Below are positions 38,111 to 46,809 of a DNA stretch of 46,809 bases, piece after piece. The stretch comes from Azolla caroliniana. Its lineage: Eukaryota > Plantae > Polypodiophyta. A program made the position numbers and the translations under genes. Within the stretch, counting starts at the first letter, position 1. Every line of letters starts with the position of its first letter. The stretch lies in NCBI GenBank assembly GCA_043228905.1, contig JBHGNT010000236.1, positions 1 to 46,809 on the forward strand. Reading direction: 5' to 3'. Below the pieces are notes generated by a model. The model was not told where the DNA came from. It did not search any database and worked only from the letters and a program-made list of their open reading frames with translations.

Positions 38111-40241
38111 AGTAAAGATGCTACTTATAACAAGGAGAGTTTTTTGAGCTATTATTTTCCGAATTGACATCTTGAATTTTTGCTAAGAAAAAGTCCTTTA
38201 TTGATTAGATCCAAGCTACTTACAAAATACAATCACTTTGGTAATGCAACAATATATTCTCGAAATGTCCAGATGGTGTAGTTGGTTATCACGCTAGTCC
38301 AAACACACTAGAGGTCTCCACTACAAGTCTTGGTTTGGATAAAAAAGATGCTAATTAGAGTGAGGACAATGATACTTTTGTAAATAATAGCTATTATTCA
38401 ATCAAATTATGTGTAACTCAACTCATGCATGTATCGTAACGAAAGCAAAAAGAAGTCTTCATTTCATGCCTCCATTAAACCTACCTTTTTCTATATAAAA
38501 AGAATATAGTCACACGATTAGTACATGCCTATAAAATTTATTTTCACAAATGGGTCCACATGATGTAGTTGGTTATCATGCTAGTCTCACACGTTGGAGG
38601 TCTTTGGTTTGAGTCCCTTGTTTGGACAAGTAAATATGTTACTTACAATGCAAAGAATGTTTTAAACTATTTTTTTCTGAATTATCACCATGGTCTCACA
38701 CACCAGAGGTCCATGGTACGATTATGGATTTGGACAAGTAAAAATGCTAATTACAACCAAATGAAATGTAGTTGGTTATCACATTAGTCTCACACACTAG
38801 AGGTCTCCAGTTCGAGCTTGGGTTTGGACAAGTAAAGTTGCTACTTACAACTGGGAGAGTGTTGTTTTAAACTATTCTTTTCCGAATTGACGTCTTGAAT
38901 TTCAGCTAAGAAAAGTCTTTTATTGAATATGTCCAAGCTACTTACCAAATGCAATCACTTTGGCAATATTGCTAGAAGTATTATGGGCAACAACATTGCA
39001 AAACTTGATTCTTTGGGAAAAGGTAAATCGCGAAAAGGAGAGGTTTCATTGTTAATATCAACTACCTAACCAAGGAGAGTTAACAAAACTACTTGATTAA
39101 TGAAATTTCTTGAAGAATCCTTTTTATTTATGACACTATTTGGTGTTTTTTAAATAGTCTCCTCACAATTTTTTTTATGTTTGATAGGATTCAAAAATTT
39201 ATTTGGATAGTACCACCACGAAAAATGCAGTCAACGGTTAGAAAGTAAATACGAAACATGTAAGATGTTGTGAAACCGGTTGTGATAGCTACCACATTAG
39301 AATCTATTGGATTTTTTTTGTTCAGATTCGCTTTTTGGGAGTAAACTGATTGGGAATCAAATTACACAATCATGGATGGCTAGCCTAGCAATAAGCTAAA
39401 CCACAAGATAATTTCTAAAAAAGATGTGAATTTAGATTCATTCACAAATTTAAAAATGAAAGAATATGTGTAATATATCAAGTTGATGTATCATTTTTTT
39501 AAATAAAGACGAATGTATTATTGAAATGTTCAGATGGTGTAGTTGGTTATCAAGCTAGAGATCTCCGGTTCAAGTATGGGTTTGGACAACAAAAAATGCT
39601 AATTAGCATGAGTAGAAATTAGAATGATTGACACCAATTTTGTAAACTATGTGCAACTCATGCATGTATCTTCTTCATAAGCAAAGAAGAAAGAAGTCTT
39701 CATTTCTAGCCTCCATTAGTGCTATCTTTTTCAAAATAAAAAGAATGTAGCCACAAAGACTCCATGGAGCTAAATGCCACCACCACTTGTCAAACTTACA
39801 AACTCTTGTTTCCCATGTAGTAGAAACATTCCAATCAAGTCCTCATTTTTTGCCTCCTAATAGCGCAATCTTTTTCTATCTAAAAAGAATGCATTCACAA
39901 ACACCTCGTGGAGCTAAATGGCACTACAACTTGTCAACCTTACAAACTTGTATTGCGCATGTAGTAGAATCATTCCAATCCCTTTCTTCTAATTAGTAAA
40001 TTCACCTTAGTACCCTCAAATGGGTCTAGATGGTGTAGTTGGTTATCGTGCTAGTCTCACACACTAGAGGTCATTGGTAGTCCGAGTTTGGACAAGTAAA
40101 CATGGTAATTAAAACGAGGTGACTGTTTTGAACTATTCTTTTCCAAATCGACATCTTGAATTTCTTCTAAGAGAAGTCTTTTATTGAATAGATCCAAGCT
40201 ACTTACAAAGTCTGATCAATGTACCAACTTATTCTTGAAAG

Positions 40242-40315
40242 GTCCAGGTGGTGTAGTTGGTTATTATGCTACTCTAACACACTAGAAGTCTTCGGTTCGA
40301 GTCCAAATTTGGACA
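40242..40315 (+). pseudogene. tRNA-Val(AAC)-like copy with intact A and B boxes
   Basis: TGGTGTAGTTGG and GGTTCGAGTCC are retained. Mismatches in the anticodon stem (C-C) and T-stem. Confidence 0.72.
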
Positions 40316-40425
40316 ATTAAAGATGCTACTTACAACATTTTGAATTTTTTATAAGAAAAGTCTTTTATTGAATAGATCCAAGCTACTTACTAAATCCAAT
40401 CAATGTACTAATGTATTCTTGAAAG

Positions 40426-40499
40426 GTCCAGATGGTGTAGTTGGTTATTATGCTACTCTAACACACTAGATGTCTTCGGTTCAAGTCCGAGTTTGGACA
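40426..40499 (+). tRNA. tRNA-Val(AAC)-like copy, the best-preserved in the array, possibly still a pseudogene
   Basis: Acceptor GTCCAGA/TTTGGAC and T-stem TTCGG/CCGAG pair, and the A box and B box (GGTTCAAGTCC) are intact. The D-stem is weakened (G-U pairs) and there is one C-C mismatch in the anticodon stem. Confidence 0.5.
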
Positions 40500-41289
40500 A
40501 TTAAAGATGCTACTTACAACCAGAAGCTATTCTTTTCCGAATTGACATTTTGAATTTTTTATAAGAAAAGTCATTTATTGAATAGATCCAAGCTACTTAC
40601 TAAATTTGATCAATGTAGCAACATATTCTTCAAAGGTCCAGATGGTGTTTTTGGTTATTATGCTACTCTAACACACTAGAAGTCTTCGGGTCGAGTTCGG
40701 GTTTGGACAATTAAAGATGCTACTTACAACCAGAAGTTATTCTTTTCTGAATTGACATTTTGAATTTTTTATAAGAAAAGTCTTTTTATTGAATAGATCC
40801 AAGCTACTTATTAAATACAATCTTTTTAGCAACAACAATATATTATTGAATTGTTCAGATGGTGTAGTTGGTTATCACGATAGCCCAACACTAGTTATCT
40901 TGAATTTCTACTAAAAGCAATCTTTTATTGAATGGATCCAAGCTAGCTGCCACAACACAATCGCTTTGGCAGCATTTCCAATTTTGTTTTAATGGATCTA
41001 TGTGCAATTCAATGATTTATTGTCAACAGGTTTAGATGGTGGTGTTGGTTATCATGCTAATCTAACCCACTCGAGGTCTTTGAATCAAGTCTGGATTTGG
41101 ACAAGTAAAGATGCTAATTAGAATGAGCAAAATGTAAGGCATTGTTCTTGACAGAATTGACATGTTCTAATTTTGTAAATAGTAGTCATAAATTTAGTCA
41201 AACTATGTGTAACTCATGCATTCATCGTAAGCAAAGGAAAAAGAAGGGTTCATTTCTTGCCTCCAATATGGTTGTCTTTTTCTTTTACG

Positions 41290-41661
41290 TCAAATTAATT
41301 AACCATTTACGTCAAATTAATTAAAAATCTAAATAAACAAAAATACATTAAATTCAATAAGCATTTAACTTAAATTTAAAAAAAAACTTTAATTAAACCA
41401 TTAAATTAAATAAATATTTAAGTTAAACTAATAAAATCAATAAAAAACCATTAAATTAATAAACTATTAAGGTGAAAAAAAACAGTTAACCAAAAACCAA
41501 TAAAGCTTTAAACCGATAAACCTGAGTTTTAGGACCAAACCGAACCGAAACTGAACCATTTATTAAAAGTTCAAACCATTATTATTTGTTGGGACCAATA
41601 AACCGTTAAACATGGCTTAATGGTTCGGTTCGGTTCGAGCCGAAAACCGTGCTCATCGCTA
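41290..41661. mobile_element. Truncated hAT-like MITE (AACCG-repeat type)
   Basis: AT-rich body with clustered AACCG/CGGTT subterminal repeats (41510-41650), ending in GTGCTCATCGCTA. Its reverse complement TAGCGATGAGCAC resembles TAGGGATG/TAGGGGTGAGC-type plant hAT MITE termini. No partner end was found. Confidence 0.55.
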
Positions 41662-42580
41662 AAAGTGCGCATGTTTTCATGAAAAAGCAAGTTTCGGGAG
41701 GCCAATGGGGGGGACACGGTGTGGTGAAGGGGCTTTCCGAGATGGCTACTAGTGTAATCACGTGGAGGGGGCAGAGTGTGTGTGTGTGTGTGTGTGGTGT
41801 GGTAGTTAGTAGATAGGGAGGTAGGCCGGTGAGCTAAGGCACGCACGAGGGGAAGCCTGGGTGCACTGATCATAGAAGCAAGGGAACTGAAGCAAGTGGG
41901 ATGGGCGGGCGGGCGGGTGGACGGATGGACAAGGAGCTTGCTCGAGGTTTCGGGTTTCCTTAAGGGGGGGGGGGGGGGGGGAGAGAAAGGGATGGTGGTG
42001 GGGGGCCCAGAATCATTGGGCGGACGGGAGAGAGAATCGGAGGGCCGAGGAAAAAAGGACAAAAAAAGACGCAAAAACAGAATGGATGGACGGTCAGGAT
42101 GATTTGAGGGCGGGTGGGGGCCCAACTAACCCGTTTCCTCCTCCAACCAAAAGAAAATAATAAGTAAAGAAAGAAACAAGATAAGGGTTCATTTACACCT
42201 AATCTCCTCCTAAAAAAGCAGGCGGTAGAGAAAAAAAAACACAACAAACAAAGAAAATGAAGCATTTCATATTTTCTCTAGAAGGAAATGTGTTTTATTA
42301 TTTATATTATCTTCTTATTTGTTTTTTTTTCATTTTTTCTTGCTACTGCAAAAGCGCATCCATAAATTAACATACATAATCTCGATAAATAATCAACTAA
42401 TAAATTACATAAAAATAAATAAATAAATATCTTACGGAGATTCTTTTTATTTATTTTTATTTCTATTCACTCGATTATTGCTGATTATTTATTATATTTA
42501 TCATTTATTTTCCATTATTTAGAATTTAATAATTAATTAATTCTTCTTCTTCTTCTTCGCTCACTGTGCGCAGACGCTGC

Positions 42581-42656
42581 AGAACGCAGAAGCAGACGAA
42601 GAAGAAGAAGCAGAAGACGCAGAAGACGCAGAAGAAGAAGAAGAAGAAGAAGAAGC

Positions 42657-42684
<28 letters not shown>
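42581..42684 (+). repeat. (GAA)n/(GCAGAAGAC) repeat in the 5' leader of the aspartate aminotransferase gene
   Basis: Directly visible, ending 6 nt before the ATG. Confidence 0.9.
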
Positions 42685-42687
<3 letters not shown>

Positions 42688-42690
42688 TCC

Positions 42691-46391
<3,701 letters not shown>

Positions 46392-46479
46392 GTAATAATG
46401 TTGCTATGTTATTAACTTAAACACATTGCCAAATAAGGTTAGAAACCACAATAGAATATTCCATGAAACAAATATCCAA

Positions 46480-46809
46480 TGGACTATATTGTCTTCTCAA
46501 AAAGAACTCTAAAGGTAAATCCTGGAAGGTGTATAGTAGAAGGTCATTTAAACTTAAGACAAGCATACAGATATTGTCTCCTCAAAGAGCACGCAGACAC
46601 AAATTCTTGAAGTTGTATAGCGGAAGGTTGTTTAACCTTAGACAATTATATACAGTCATTGTTTCTTTCTAAAAAAGGAACTCAGAAAATCTCTTGAAAT
46701 TTTGTAACAGAAGGTTGTTTATTAACCTTTGACGATCATATACATATTTTCTCCTTCTAAAAGAGAACTCAGAAATATCGTAGAAGTTGTATAGCAAAAG
46801 GGCATTTAA
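46480..46809. repeat. Degenerate ~85-90 bp intronic tandem repeat, about 4 copies, running off the window
   Basis: Recurring CTCxTCTAAAAGAGAACTCAGAAA...TTGAAGTTGTATAGCAGAAGGTxxTTTAA...TAGAC...ATACA unit. Confidence 0.7.

Larger units (their letters stand above)
35619..41103 (+). repeat. Tandem array of ~23 degenerate tRNA-Val copies with repeated spacers
   Basis: Consensus GTCCAGA TG GTGT AGTTGGTTA TCAC G CTAGT CT[A/C]AC AC ACTAG AGGTC TCCGG TTCGAGT CCGGG T[C/T]TGGAC A folds as a cloverleaf. Approximate starts and anticodons: 35619 TAC, 35786 AAC, 35982 CAC, 36201 AAC, 36425 AAC, 36648 AAC, 36859 (5' part only), 37257 CAC, 37344 (3' part, AAC), 37546 AAC, 37746 AAC, 38037 CAC, 38267 AAC, 38554 CAC, 38682 (3' part, CAC), 38767 CAC, 39528 (anticodon arm deleted), 40024 CAC, 40242 AAC, 40426 AAC, 40636 AAC, 40853 (5' part only), 41030 AAC. 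Confidence 0.95.

Noticed and set aside
35619-41103. CRISPR-like repeat/spacer appearance
   Set aside because: The repeats are 74-nt tRNA cloverleaves, the spacers are long and homologous to each other, there are no cas genes, and the context is eukaryotic.

Overview
Eukaryotic nuclear DNA from a land plant. It is probably a fern (inference, based on the intronless, highly regular PLS-class PPR gene and the style of the LINE relics). Five protein-coding genes are supported: (1) a PLS-class PPR gene on the minus strand, 2598 to beyond base 1; (2) cyclophilin 40/SQUINT, 11407-14936, with a GC-AG intron and an intron-split stop codon; (3) an intronless aldo/keto reductase of a prokaryote-type subfamily with an organellar presequence, 24944-23556; (4) mitochondrial pyruvate dehydrogenase E1-alpha, 30454-33122; (5) mitochondrial-type aspartate aminotransferase, 42691 to beyond the window end. 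Intergenic DNA holds decayed LINE, Ty3/gypsy and hAT/MITE-like relics plus micro- and minisatellites. The most unusual structure is a ~5.5 kb head-to-tail array of ~23 degenerate tRNA-Val copies at 35619-41103. The copies share one tRNA body but carry AAC or CAC anticodons, and are separated by two recurring spacer families that form a higher-order repeat. All coordinates and splice models were derived by eye, and no database searches were run.
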